From the NCBI GenBank assembly GCA_964106645.2, contig OZ067046.1: 64,000 nucleotides of DNA. One strand, 5' to 3'. Below are positions 1-12,150 of the stretch, one piece after another; position 1 is the first letter of the stretch, and the number at the start of each line of letters is the position of its first letter. The notes below the pieces were generated by a model. It saw nothing but the letters and a program-made list of their open reading frames with translations. It was not told the origin of the DNA and did not search any database. This stretch comes from Podarcis pityusensis (lineage: Eukaryota). The position numbers and the translations under genes were made by a program.

Positions 1-1908
1 AAGGACTTGCTTGTCTCAAACTCGGTCTTGGCACACTTCGACGAGAGGCTGCCGGTGGTGCTAGCATGCGACGCCTCACCCTATGGCATTGGAGCTGTCC
101 TGGGGCACCAACTCCCGGATGGAAGAGAGGTACCGGTGGCGTACTTTTCCCAGACACTCAACACAACCGAGCGGAACTACTCGCAAATCGACAAGGAGGG
201 TCTGGCAATCGTAAAGGGAGTAAAAAAATTCCATGATTTCTTGTACGGGCGGCCCTTCACCGTGGTGACTGACCACAAGCCGTTGCTTGGCTTGTTTGCC
301 CCCGAAAAGCAGACCCCCCAAGTGCTGTCTCCTCGCGTCCTCAGGTGGTCAATTTTCCTTGCCAGCTACCAGTATGCACTGATTCACCGACCTGGGAAGG
401 CGATGGGCCATGCGGACGCCCTCAGCAGGCTACCACTACCGGAAACAGGCCCTGACCCAGCACCTGCACAAGAGGTTATGAGCCTGGAGCTGCTTCCCGA
501 CCGCCCCATTCAGGCACAAGAAGTTGCACACCATTCCAAGAAAGATAGGGTCATCTCCCGGGTCCTGGACTGGGTGTGGAGGGGATGGCCCAGCAGCAGC
601 CCCGGGCCAGAATTTGCCGGCTACACAACCCGCAAACATGAACTGTCGGCCCACAAGGGGTGCCTGTTATGGGGAAGCAGAGTCGTTGTTCCCCAGCCCC
701 TCTGCAAAAGGGTCCTCACAGCCCTACACGAGACACATCCAGGGGTAGTAAGAATGAAGGCCCTTGCCAGGAGTTATGTGTGGTGGCCGGGGATCGATGG
801 AGAGATAGAGGCCTGGGTCAAACACTGCCAGGCCTGCCAAGAATCCCGCCCAGATCCCCCAAGGGCCCCAGTCCAGTCCTGGGAGTCCGCCCGAGCACCA
901 TGGTCACGCCTGCATGTGGATTTCGCTGGCCCCTTTCAGGGGAAAACATTCTTCATAGTGGTGGACTCCTACACCAAATGGCTGGAAGTCGCACTGGTAC
1001 CGTCCACTTCCACGTCCGCAGCCATCCGGGTACTACGCAGGCTGTTTGCAACCCACGGGCTCCCTGACACTCTCGTCTCAGACAACGGGACTGCATTTAC
1101 GTCAGGAGAATTCCAAACCTTCACAGCGCAGAACGCCATCCGCCACATCCGTTCGGCGCCGTTCCACCCTGCCACCAATGGCCAAGCAGAACGCATGGTG
1201 CGGACCACCAAGGACACCCTTCGCCGCATGACGCAAGGGGACTGGGAGTACCGCCTTGCCACATTCCTTCTAGCACAGCACAGCACCCCCAGCTCAACGA
1301 CTGGCCGGAGCCCCGCTGAACTACTAATGGGTCGGCGCCTTGCAATCAGATTGGACCGCCTTCACCCCGATAGAGCTCAGGATGAGGTAGTGGTGGGGGA
1401 AGGCAGGAACCCCCGGACCTTCGAGGCCCAGGACCCAGTGTACGCAAAGAATTTTGGGGCAGGCCCAGCATGGGTACCCGCCACAATCACCAGGGTCACT
1501 GGCCCCGTGTCGTACGAGGTGCTAACGGATGGGGGGCAATGCTGGCGCCGCCACTGCGACCAGATACGGCGACGATTCCCGGGAGAAAACCAGGAGGAGG
1601 ACAGGTCAGAGGAGTCCCAAGGGAACAGCGGGGCAGTGAGGCCCATAGAGCAGGAGGGGCCAGCAGGAGAGGCAGAATCAGTAAATACAGAGAGGACCCG
1701 TGAGGCCGAAAGGACACCGGAACCAGAACCACGACTGAGCGAGCCGGTTGCACCAGACCAAACAGCCGCATCACAGCCAGCATCCTTGGAACACGAGCCA
1801 GAACCCGGAGCCCGGACCAGGGAACACCCCAGGCCACAACGCACACGTAGGCCGCCGGCATACCTTGAGGACTATGAATGCGACCTCCCGGGCAGGACTG
1901 GAACTTAG
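1..1908 (+). CDS. pol: Gypsy/Ty3 (Metaviridae, K02A2.6/Mag-like) Pol polyprotein, 5'-partial: RT-connection/RNase H + integrase
   Basis: Uninterrupted frame from the window edge to TAG 1906-1908. RNase H motifs (LACDASPYGIGAVL, NYSQIDKEGLA, TDHKPL, HADALSR), integrase HHCC (LHETHPG...CQAC), DDE core (HVDFAGP, SDNG, QAERMV), GPY/F-like TGPVSY, and a typical C-terminal RTRRPPAYLEDY. Confidence 0.96.
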   Translation, partial: KDLLVSNSVLAHFDERLPVVLACDASPYGIGAVLGHQLPDGREVPVAYFSQTLNTTERNYSQIDKEGLAIVKGVKKFHDFLYGRPFTVVTDHKPLLGLFAPEKQTPQVLSPRVLRWSIFLASYQYALIHRPGKAMGHADALSRLPLPETGPDPAPAQEVMSLELLPDRPIQAQEVAHHSKKDRVISRVLDWVWRGWPSSSPGPEFAGYTTRKHELSAHKGCLLWGSRVVVPQPLCKRVLTALHETHPGVVRMKALARSYVWWPGIDGEIEAWVKHCQACQESRPDPPRAPVQSWESARAPWSRLHVDFAGPFQGKTFFIVVDSYTKWLEVALVPSTSTSAAIRVLRRLFATHGLPDTLVSDNGTAFTSGEFQTFTAQNAIRHIRSAPFHPATNGQAERMVRTTKDTLRRMTQGDWEYRLATFLLAQHSTPSSTTGRSPAELLMGRRLAIRLDRLHPDRAQDEVVVGEGRNPRTFEAQDPVYAKNFGAGPAWVPATITRVTGPVSYEVLTDGGQCWRRHCDQIRRRFPGENQEEDRSEESQGNSGAVRPIEQEGPAGEAESVNTERTREAERTPEPEPRLSEPVAPDQTAASQPASLEHEPEPGARTREHPRPQRTRRPPAYLEDYECDLPGRTGT

Positions 1909-1918
1909 AGGGGAGGGG
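1907..1918 (+). other. Polypurine tract (PPT) of the Gypsy element
   Basis: AGAGGGGAGGGG immediately before the TG that starts the LTR. Confidence 0.9.
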
Positions 1919-2289
1919 TGTTATGTACTGAGTTGAATAGGATCCAAACTGTAGCAGTCTGATTGGTCCTAGAACAATAGGATCCAAAAGGCAGCAGTCT
2001 GATTGGTCCTAGAACAATAGGATTCAGAATGCAGCAGTCTGATTGGTCCTAGAACAATGCAGCAGTATGATTGGTTGGCAGGAACCACCCAATCCTGCTC
2101 CAGATAGAAGTGAATCCACAACCTGATTGGCTTACAGTAGAATTCCAGAATTAGCCAATCATGTGCAGCCCATTGTGTAAATAATGTATATAAAGCAGAT
2201 ACTGTGAGGGGACATTTATTCATTTCCTCCTCACCACTATGAGCTGAATAAAGAGCATGAAATCACTTTGCGACTCTGAGTTTATTTCA
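1919..2289 (+). mobile_element. Gypsy 3' LTR (371 bp, TG...CA)
   Basis: Starts TGTTAT right after the PPT and ends ATTTCA exactly where identity to the empty site (4665) begins. Contains CCAAT boxes, TATATAAA (2187-2194) and AATAAA (2247-2252). Confidence 0.92.
1937..2056 (+). repeat. 40-bp tandem repeat x3 (plus a partial unit) in LTR U3, each unit with a CTGATTGG (CCAAT) box
   Basis: Units at 1937, 1977 and 2017: ataggatccaaa..gcagtctgattggtcctagaaca. Confidence 0.9.
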
Positions 2290-3434
2290 TATACCTTTGT
2301 ATCCCGCTCATTCTCTAAGAAGCTCAGGGGTGTACAAAGTTCTCGGGCTCCCCTGTAGGTAACCCGCTGACAGTACTGCAAATGGTACTAGTTACAATGG
2401 GCCAAAGGTCAGGCTGAGGGTAAGGCAGCTTTCTACGGTCCTGTTTACATTCAACCGGAACCATGAGGACCAGAAGCTTGCTTCATTTTTTAGGGGAAAT
2501 GGCCACAGTTGTAGCTGCTCAGTAGCAGAGCACCTGTGTCAGGTTTGATTCCCTGACAACATATGCAGGTAGGACTGGGAAAAGACACCCCACCTGGAGA
2601 GCTGTTCTGCCAGTCAGAACAACTGAGAGGAGCATGTCGCAACTTAAAGAATAACAAAATGCCAGACTAGAGACAATACTGGGCTAGCTAAGGGTTTGAC
2701 TAAGGCACCTTCCTATGGAAACTTTAAAAAACTCCCCATGAAGTGGTAAGAAGCATGGGGGGGGGGGGGACAGGGTAACATCTATGAATGGCCAGAGCAA
2801 GACAAGGATCTCAGAAAAACTAAGGCTCCAGTCGTAGCCCCACTTAACCTGGGAATATGCCCTATTGAATTCACAGGTACTTACTTCTGAATTGATATGT
2901 TTAGGATTACACTGTAATTTAGCAGGGAGAGAACAACCTTTAGGTGGGAAGAACATAACAACCCTGTTAGATCTGACCAGAAAGCACACCTGCAGAAACC
3001 CCACAAGCAGGGCTTGTGGGAGAAAGCTGACTCCTGCTCCCCAGCAGCTGTTGTAATGGGTGCCCCTAATTTCATCTGCGAAGAATCGGAGGCTATGGAG
3101 GTTAGATTATATCTACCCTCTGTTGAGCATTTTTTCTGATTTGTTTGCAGGACAGTTATACAACAATAAGCATCCATCCCCATTTGCTAGCAGAGTGTTT
3201 ATACATCTTCCCTTTAATCATTCGCTGGTTCCACACTTCTGAATTCATGTCCCTGTCATTGTCCTAATTGCAAACAGTTCATTTTTATAATGGGGATCGT
3301 TGTGCTTTGCTGACAGAGCTCTTTTAATTGCTCAAAGCGAAATGTCCAAGTGTGTTTTTGGATCATGCCCAGATAATACTGACAGTCCGGAGGTGCCCTA
3401 AATTATCTAGATCAGCTTAAACAGGGTAGCCAGG
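2290..3434 (+). repeat. Direct duplication, copy 1 (1145 bp)
   Basis: Apparently identical to 4665-5809 (offset 2375). The ORF translations are identical and even the G13 run has the same length. Confidence 0.95.
2493..2630 (+). mobile_element. Degenerate Squam3-like tRNA-derived SINE (duplicated at ~4868-5005)
   Basis: A-box-like gctcagtagcagagcacctg, B-box-like ggtttgattcc, and ctggagagctg..tgccagtcag body as in the copy at 38083. Confidence 0.55.
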
Positions 3435-4664
3435 GTTGCCCATCACTTTCCAAACTGCGAAAGTCCAAGTTTTTAAGTGGATTTGATTTGCAAGGGTGGC
3501 AGAGCCCTTTAATGCATCTTAGCTGCGCAAACGTGAAGTTCTGGTGTGACTCCCTCCCGCAAAATACTGACAGTTTGGAGGCACTTATGGATGCTTTTCT
3601 TGGGAAACAATCTAAAAGAATGCCTATATCATCTTTCTTTTTGTTCACTTTTAGTTATCCTATCCAAAAGCAAAAGCAAAAAACATAGTAAAAGAATAGA
3701 CGGCAGATGGGAGAGAAAAGAAATGCAGTTATGTAAAGGTTACTTCATAATTGTACCACCTAGCATTATATATATCTCCCTTGAACATCAAAACAAAAAA
3801 GCCAAGAACAGAGTATCAAGCCTATCTATTACCTGAGATGACAATTCCTATGTTCCCTTGCTTAGTGAAATAAATCAAGACATGCTGGTGTTCTCCCTCG
3901 TCTGAGAGATGGGAAATACGTGAACATACACGGCCATTTGTCATGTGTAAGCAGAGACAGATTGGTAAGCTTGCCTATTTCCCCCTTTTCTATTGAGAAG
4001 ATTAGTTTTAGTGGTCAGGAGTTAGGTCTTCAGCAATGCCACTGCTGAAACTACTGTTTCACTGGTCAGTAATACTAAAAGTGTTCCTGCCTTCTTAGTG
4101 GTACATTGCTACTGTGTTTTTTTTTGGGGGGGGGGGTTGTGGGATACGATAGAATAATCAGTCACCATGACAAAGGATGGAACCCTAGGCAATCATGCTA
4201 GGCTAGAAATGGCTGCCATCCATGGTCACATAGTACTCTCTTCCCAGGTTCCACACTGCAGATGTTTATATTTGTTAGGAGCTAAAACAACAGGCAACAT
4301 TACCTGGCCTTACTAAGATGAGGGCCTGAAGCATAGCGCAAAGCTGCTGCCATGGCCAGGAGCGAGACAGTACTGAGGCAGGTGATTGAGGTGCTGAAGC
4401 TGCTGCTGGGTGAGGAGAAGGGGAAATGGGGGCCTTCGAGGCAAGGGGTTCTACACCTTTGTGGTGCAATGAAGGCTGCAGGCACCCTGGTCTCTCCTGC
4501 AGCTGACTGGCCTCCTTGGAAAAGCTGTGCTGGGGCAGGTGTGGCACAGCAGCACTCACCCAAAAAGCCCATGTGAGAAAGCCCATCCCTCCAGGGTATC
4601 CTCTTTGGCCAGTTGTACAGGGTGATGTGGGAGTGGTACTGCTTTTTATTAGCCACCCATATTT

Positions 4665-5809
4665 TATACCTTTGTATCCCGCTCATTCTCTAAGAAGCTC
4701 AGGGGTGTACAAAGTTCTCGGGCTCCCCTGTAGGTAACCCGCTGACAGTACTGCAAATGGTACTAGTTACAATGGGCCAAAGGTCAGGCTGAGGGTAAGG
4801 CAGCTTTCTACGGTCCTGTTTACATTCAACCGGAACCATGAGGACCAGAAGCTTGCTTCATTTTTTAGGGGAAATGGCCACAGTTGTAGCTGCTCAGTAG
4901 CAGAGCACCTGTGTCAGGTTTGATTCCCTGACAACATATGCAGGTAGGACTGGGAAAAGACACCCCACCTGGAGAGCTGTTCTGCCAGTCAGAACAACTG
5001 AGAGGAGCATGTCGCAACTTAAAGAATAACAAAATGCCAGACTAGAGACAATACTGGGCTAGCTAAGGGTTTGACTAAGGCACCTTCCTATGGAAACTTT
5101 AAAAAACTCCCCATGAAGTGGTAAGAAGCATGGGGGGGGGGGGGACAGGGTAACATCTATGAATGGCCAGAGCAAGACAAGGATCTCAGAAAAACTAAGG
5201 CTCCAGTCGTAGCCCCACTTAACCTGGGAATATGCCCTATTGAATTCACAGGTACTTACTTCTGAATTGATATGTTTAGGATTACACTGTAATTTAGCAG
5301 GGAGAGAACAACCTTTAGGTGGGAAGAACATAACAACCCTGTTAGATCTGACCAGAAAGCACACCTGCAGAAACCCCACAAGCAGGGCTTGTGGGAGAAA
5401 GCTGACTCCTGCTCCCCAGCAGCTGTTGTAATGGGTGCCCCTAATTTCATCTGCGAAGAATCGGAGGCTATGGAGGTTAGATTATATCTACCCTCTGTTG
5501 AGCATTTTTTCTGATTTGTTTGCAGGACAGTTATACAACAATAAGCATCCATCCCCATTTGCTAGCAGAGTGTTTATACATCTTCCCTTTAATCATTCGC
5601 TGGTTCCACACTTCTGAATTCATGTCCCTGTCATTGTCCTAATTGCAAACAGTTCATTTTTATAATGGGGATCGTTGTGCTTTGCTGACAGAGCTCTTTT
5701 AATTGCTCAAAGCGAAATGTCCAAGTGTGTTTTTGGATCATGCCCAGATAATACTGACAGTCCGGAGGTGCCCTAAATTATCTAGATCAGCTTAAACAGG
5801 GTAGCCAGG
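4665..5809 (+). repeat. Direct duplication, copy 2, preceded by the empty Gypsy target site
   Basis: Same sequence as 2290-3434; at its left end it continues into ccatattt|tatacc instead of LTR. Confidence 0.95.
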
Positions 5810-6460
5810 TACTATGGACCTAAACAATTGCAGAATTAAGATAACCAAGCCAGAGATCAGTATCCAAGGCAGCACCCTATAATTTCAGGGCAAAAAGACA
5901 GATAAGGTTAGGACTGACTGGGACCAGAAACAGCCGAGGAAGTCATAGGACTGGGACAGGAACAGAGGAAAGCCAGAGGTTGAAGCATCCAGTCACAATA
6001 TCAAGGAGTGATATCTGTTAAAGGCTGTATTCCAGGCATCCAGGCCAGTCATGGCAGAAATACAGATGACACATGAGACATGACAAGAGAGTAAGGATCA
6101 GAAAAGTTTTGTATGTAAGAAATAGGAACAATTTGACAGAAACAATCATCTTTGAAAACACACCCCAGGGACCTATGAAAATTCTGCTAAGTAACTATGA
6201 TGGAGACTAGCAATGAATTGTACAGGGTGAGTGAAATGCAACATGCATCTCTCTCTCTCTGTTAATTTCTAACATTCTAAAATGACCCCATGCCTAGAAG
6301 GCAGGGGCTGAAAGAGCCCATTTCTGAAACAGTGTGAAATCATGTAACACCAAATTATACAGGCTTTCTTTCTTTCCTTTCTTGTGGAAATACATTCACA
6401 CTTTAAAATTTACTACAATCCACTTCTTCAGATGCATGGAGTGTTATCCTGCATTGCAGG

Positions 6461-6840
6461 CAGGGATGAGCAAATCTCAGTTTCTCATTTTTCCAATATT
6501 AAATTCCATTCTCCACATTACTTTGCTTTTTTTAAAAAAGTCCTCATGAAAATTCATCAGCATTTGAGTGTGAATTTCTTATAATATACACATTTTTAAT
6601 GTAATTCATCCCAATATACATTTTTGCATGTTATTTTTAATAATGTACAGTTTTATGCACAGTTTATGCTTGCATGTGCATTTTTTGTACACATTACTTG
6701 GCTGGAGAACAGCAATGCAAAATTCAAGTAAGTGTGACTTTCAAAATATTGCTGTGTTTCAGTTTACATATTGATTCAGAAAGTGTGAATTGGGTAGGTT
6801 CACCTTTAAATGTGAAATGAATTTTTCTTCCCCATCCCTA
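6461..6840 (-). mobile_element. hAT-type non-autonomous element (TAGGGATG-type TIR)
   Basis: Ends CAGGGATG...CATCCCTA, flanks attgcagg/attgcata (degenerate 8-bp TSD); homologous to 49568-49972 and 58444-58814. Confidence 0.8.
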
Positions 6841-9800
6841 ATTGCATACACATATATACATGATGCTGGAGGATTGTAACAGAGAGGTCAAAAGGAAAGG
6901 AAATGCAGAAAGGCACAGGTGATAACTCACCCTTGAGGGCTTGTTCTGGGGTGTTTAGACTCAGGTACATGTGTGTATCAGCTGATATACTGAGAGTTCC
7001 TAGGGATGCTGTGTGTGCTCTGTTCTGTTTGCTTGCATTCCTGGGCTGCCATTTTTGAGCCACTTCCCATGTGCTGTCTCTGTGTACACTTGCAGTCCAC
7101 ACACACCTGAGAAGGGCAGTGGGGGACCTGCACGTTCACAGGTGGGCACAATTCCTATGGTGATGCTAAGTTGGCTTTCAGTGCTGCATTGGCTCATTTC
7201 CATTCCACTGGGCAGCTGCCCGATCCCAGGCCTTCGTGGACAGACTCTGGGTCTGGTGTAATTTATGCCAGGTTGCTGCACTTGGGGCTGCTCTGTGAAA
7301 TAGCTGCCATTAAAAACATTTCACAATGTCTAATAGGCTATTTTCTAAACAATCCTCACAAACGGAGTCAGACTCAATTATCATGTTTCATTTATCTGTT
7401 GAACTTTCACCTGAAAAACATGTTATATTCCCCTGAAAATTTGAATCCTCTTATCAGCTGGGATTTCCTCTTCTTAGCTACAAACCCTTCTTCCTTATTC
7501 ACACAAATAACCTTTTAACCCACGCAGAATGCTGCCTTCTAGGTCAGTACCAAAAAGTGCAGAGGCCAGGAGAAGATCAGAAAACACATTTAGATTTATC
7601 ATTATCAAAATCCCGCAACCTTTGCTGTTCTTTCCAACTTTTCTTCCCTTTGTTATATAAATGAACCTTCTGTTAACTGATGGTATCCTTCTGAGACATT
7701 CCGCCCAACGACCCACTGCAACTGTTATCTCAACTCTATATTTCCACTAGTACTCTCAGCTATCAGATCTCATGCAAAACATATAAAGATGCTCTCCCAT
7801 ATTTCTCCTTTCACTGCCAGTCTAGTCATGACATGGGAGATGCATGATTAAGTTATCCCACAGCTTTTTAAAAAGAAAGATTAATAGGCACCACTGCAGT
7901 GGACCCTGAATCCGATTGAACCATGCTTCTGAAGTGGCGCAGAGGTAACTTTTTGTCTTCCTATTTTCCTGATTAAAATTGGTTCTGCTTCCTGCAGGGG
8001 GAAATAGCAGCTTTGGGAAGCCATTTTGAATGGGAAAGGATACACAGCGAGCAAAGGTGAAACTTCACACGCTTCTAAGTGCCACACTCCCAATCTGATT
8101 CCGGTCCTTCTTGGCTACTATTAATCCTTTTAAAACAACAACAACAGGCAAGCAGAAAATCCACAGGAGATTCTAATTACCAGTCTCCCACTCCACATCT
8201 AGTTGCAGCCTCAGTAACAATTCATCTCGGCTTTGTGGTGCCTCTTCTAAAACCTTGATGTGTTATAAATGGTGAACATAACTGGAATCTACATGCTGCT
8301 TCTGTTTAAACACTGCATTCAAATACAACACACAGATGCTCTCTTACTTTAAAAGGACACCCCAGACAGCCTCTGTCATTTGAAAAGTCCTGGGATTCAC
8401 AAGGCTGTAATCAGAAGAGCTGATATTGCCGCTCTTGTTGGACTTCTAAGCACCTCTGCGGCTATCAAGGGCTGCCAGCCAGAATCTTCTGAGAAGCTCA
8501 CAACAGGGGTTGGTACCAACAGCTGGCCCTCCACTATTGCCCCCACCTCACTACTGGTAACCTGAATTTTCCATTTAAATATACTTTCCTCTATTTCTAG
8601 TGTTCTACACCGAATAGGGACGGGCAAATCTATAAGTTTTGTTTCTCTCAGTTTCTTTCTCTTTTTTCTAATCTTAACTTCACATTTCCACATCAGTTCC
8701 CTTTTTTAAAAAGAAAGAAAAGTCCTCATTAAATTTATCATCAGTTTAGCATTTATTAGGGTCAACTGTAAGTATTAGAATAGTGAGCTGGTGGAGTAGT
8801 GTTGTGGTTTAGCATGCACAACCCTTATCATACAACTAAGTTTCCTAGATAATCTTGGACCAGTTATTGCTTGAGCCTAGCTCTTCTAATAAAGTGGTCA
8901 TGTGCCGGGCCAGGCCCTCTCAGGTTAAAAAAGCAGCAAATGCTGCCGGCCATGTGCTCTGGCACTGAGCTACAACCCTCTGAAAGTTCCAGAAGAGGAG
9001 GTCAAACTACAAGAGAAATTATTGTTCAGAAAGCTGCTTTCGTTATTCTTTCTTCTTTCATGCTAGAGGTTCAGAGAGGGGAGTCAGCCTTGTTTTGTGG
9101 GATACTGCCGGACCTTTTTCTCAGCAGATCTCATCAGAACTCAGTTCCAACACCCCTCAGGTGGGCACCATTGCCATTATAAGAGAACAAGGTTCATGGT
9201 GAGTTCTGGCACCTCTTTTTCTAGAAAAACAGCACTGGATACTGCAGATCAACCCATGTTGAGTTGTGCTTGTGGAAGTGAAGTCGCTCACACAGATTGC
9301 CACACACTGTCCAGCCAGCTTGCTTCACTGCTAGAGGTCTTTACATCTGCTGAGCCAGTGCTTTTCCAGAGCTGAAAGAGGAATTCAAATAGGAGTTTCC
9401 ACGTGGCATTTGGAATAGCATTATATTATCCAACAATACCATCCTGAGAGCAAGATGCTTCTGGAATGTTTACTCACAAGTAAGTCCTGTTCGGCATATC
9501 TGTCTATTATATTACCTATTCTATTTATCTGTTATCTAGAGTGTCCATATTCTGCTTTCCAGGAGGACCTCACAGAGAAGTTTACATAGGATTATTACAA
9601 CAATAAGCATCCATTTAAAAAAATTAAAAAATTAGAATGGGGAAAAACAACATCTGTTTAGAACAAGTTGTTACTGCTTCTTCTCCTTAGGACAAGATGA
9701 TCCTTCAGATGCTCTTGTGGTGGAAGTTGAGGGGGGAGGGCATAGGTCTTTTCTAATCTTAATTAAACATTTCCTGTTTGAAGGTCTTACCCATTATATT

Positions 9801-10384
9801 GTTTCCTGTTGACAGCATCTGGGAGATTAGTGACATATAGACTGTTAATTGCCTCTTGAACAGCCTCTCTTGAACAGCAGCACCAGTTATTTCTGTATCC
9901 TGGAAAGAAGGGACTTTTAAATTACTAGTATCTTTAGAAAACAATGTATAATAAAATAATTATCCGGCTCTAAATAGGGAAAGGGGGGAAATTATAAGGA
10001 AGCACAATGAAGCTTACAATTTTTAAAAATCATATGAACAAAGTTACCAAGAATTTTCACCCTAAAGCTGTTCTGCGGGGAGCATACTCCAAAATGGGGG
10101 TTACCACCATGGTGCCTGTGACTGCAAAGGCAGCCTTGATATCTTCTCCTGGCACCCATAATATCTTCGATTGCCACCCCACCCTGCACCATTCACTGTC
10201 CTCTTGAAGGTGGTGAGAGTGGTTACCGTACTGTTCTTTTCCTTGGAAAATACATAAGACTGAAGGAGGAAGTTGGAAAAGTGGCACTCCTGTTTCAACT
10301 CAGTGCTCAAAGCAGGGGCGAAACTAGTCTTGATTTCACCTGGGTCAAAGACCCACTTTGGCACACACACACCATGAGCATTTG

Positions 10385-10387
<3 letters not shown>

Positions 10388-10420
<33 letters not shown>
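10388..10420. repeat. (CA)n microsatellite
   Basis: Direct reading. Confidence 0.95.
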
Positions 10421-10422
<2 letters not shown>

Positions 10423-11362
10423 ATTGGAGCCTCAATGGCGCACCTCTGGAGGCTTCACCCCAGGGCAACAAAAACAAAAACCCAGTAGCACCCACTCCCC
10501 AGCTATGGCACTGCTCAAAGTGCAGATGACTTCTACAATATTCAACTTTTACCCAGATCCCTTGGAAAAATGAACTGTCTGTGTGCATACTTTCACTCCC
10601 CCTTAAACTGCAAATATAGCACACAGGTTCCTCTCTGGAGCTTGTTAGCAGTCAATATATTCATCTAGCTTTCTTTCTTTTTTTACAGTCACAAGGTCAT
10701 AAAAACAGACACTATCAAAAAGGCTTGTTTGACTGTTGATTACTCTGTCTTACCTTTGCAACATCTCGTGTTGTGTACCCCAAATTTAAAAGGGCAATCT
10801 GCAGAATTCTCGATACATTCCACTCAAGGTCAGAGTATGAAAGAAACACAGACCTCAAGTAAAGGGGGAGGGGAGAATCCAAGCTACCTGCAGTTTTCTG
10901 CTGTCATGCACTTTTGGCATGATGAAAATATATTTTACAAATGCAAGTGGCCAAAGGTCATCCAAATAAAGGAATTGGTTTCCCCACCGCTGAACAGCCC
11001 AGTGCCTCTTGACATCAATATTCTATCTTCTCAGGCACAAATGAAGAGCTTCTTCTAATAAAATAAGCTGTGAAGCCAATTCTGAGTTGCTATACTTGCA
11101 CTAAGTCAAACAAAGCCTCTTCCCCATTTTTGAAATTCAAAACCCATCCTTATTTATTCTTCAAAATAATTTTGCTATCCATTCTTCACCCAAAGCCTAG
11201 TTTTCATTTAACAAAATTTAAGCATCATTTGATTGCAGGAAAACCTCTAAGCAGTTTGCGGAAACATTGAAATTATTTTTTTAAACCAGTTTTGAAAAAT
11301 TAAAAACATTTAAAAATAATTAACATTAACACTAAAGGGGAATGGAACACCACATCTGTGTA

Positions 11363-11577
11363 CAGTGGTACCTCAGGTTACAGACACTTCCGGTTACAGA
11401 CTCTGCTAACCCAGAAATAGTACCTCGGGTTAAGAACTTTGCTTCAGGATGAGAACAGAAATCGTGCGGTGGCAGCGGGAAGCCCCATTAATTAAAGTGG
11501 TACCTCAGGTTAAGAACGGTTTCAGGTTAAGAGTGGACCTCCATAACGAATTAAGTTCTTAACCCGAGGTACCACTG
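11363..11577 (+). mobile_element. Tc1/mariner-Tigger-like MITE (CAGTGGTACCTC TIR, TA TSD)
   Basis: TA-CAGTGGTACCTC ... GAGGTACCACTG-TA; same family at 47092, 56139, 57249 and 60927. Confidence 0.9.
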
Positions 11578-12132
11578 TAGCGGGATAGGTTTGCCTAAAT
11601 AAAAATGTTTTAAGCAGGTGCCAAAAAAAGTACAGTGAAGACACCAGCCTGATGTCAACAGGCAAGGAATTCCAAAGTTTAGGTGCCACACTAAAAGATC
11701 AATTTCTGATAAGTGTAGAATGAGGGTTGTGTGGCAAACTCTTATCTTCTTTTGTAGTACCAGAATGCTTGAATATGTTCTGAAGGAAAATATGGGGTTA
11801 AAAGTGCAACTCAAGTATTCCTGAAGCACCAGAGACCAATTATATCTCTCAACTCTTCTGTATATGGAGCATAATGGATTTCCTTAGGTGAAGAGGCATA
11901 GTTTGGGAATGTGTGATGCATCATTGAACTGCAAGTAATTTAGAACTTTGGGATGGGGATTGTAACAGAGGTTGGAGCAATTTGGCAGAGGAGTGGTAGT
12001 TGAACGCTTCTGTGCTTAACGGAGGGGAGCTGAATTAATTGAATGACCACTTTCTCTGGACAAGGACTGCTTCTCCTCTTGCTCCCTACCCATAATACTA
12101 AGATGAGCCCCTTATATTCTGATGTATTTCAA

Positions 12133-12150
12133 CAGTGCCACCTAGAGGGG
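12133..12150 (-). promoter_or_regulatory. Candidate CTCF site
   Basis: Reverse complement CCCCTCTAGGTGGCACTG matches the CTCF core CCACYAGRKGGCRS with one mismatch. Motif match only. Confidence 0.35.

Noticed and set aside
76-1987. Overlapping alternative-frame and antisense ORFs
   Set aside because: By-products of the GC-rich pol ORF.
1937-2056. Regular repeats resembling a CRISPR array
   Set aside because: Head-to-tail 40-bp units with no unique spacers, inside an LTR of a vertebrate genome.
4275-4737. Cluster of 70-128 aa ORFs in a GC-rich patch
   Set aside because: No recognisable domain or convincing splice structure.
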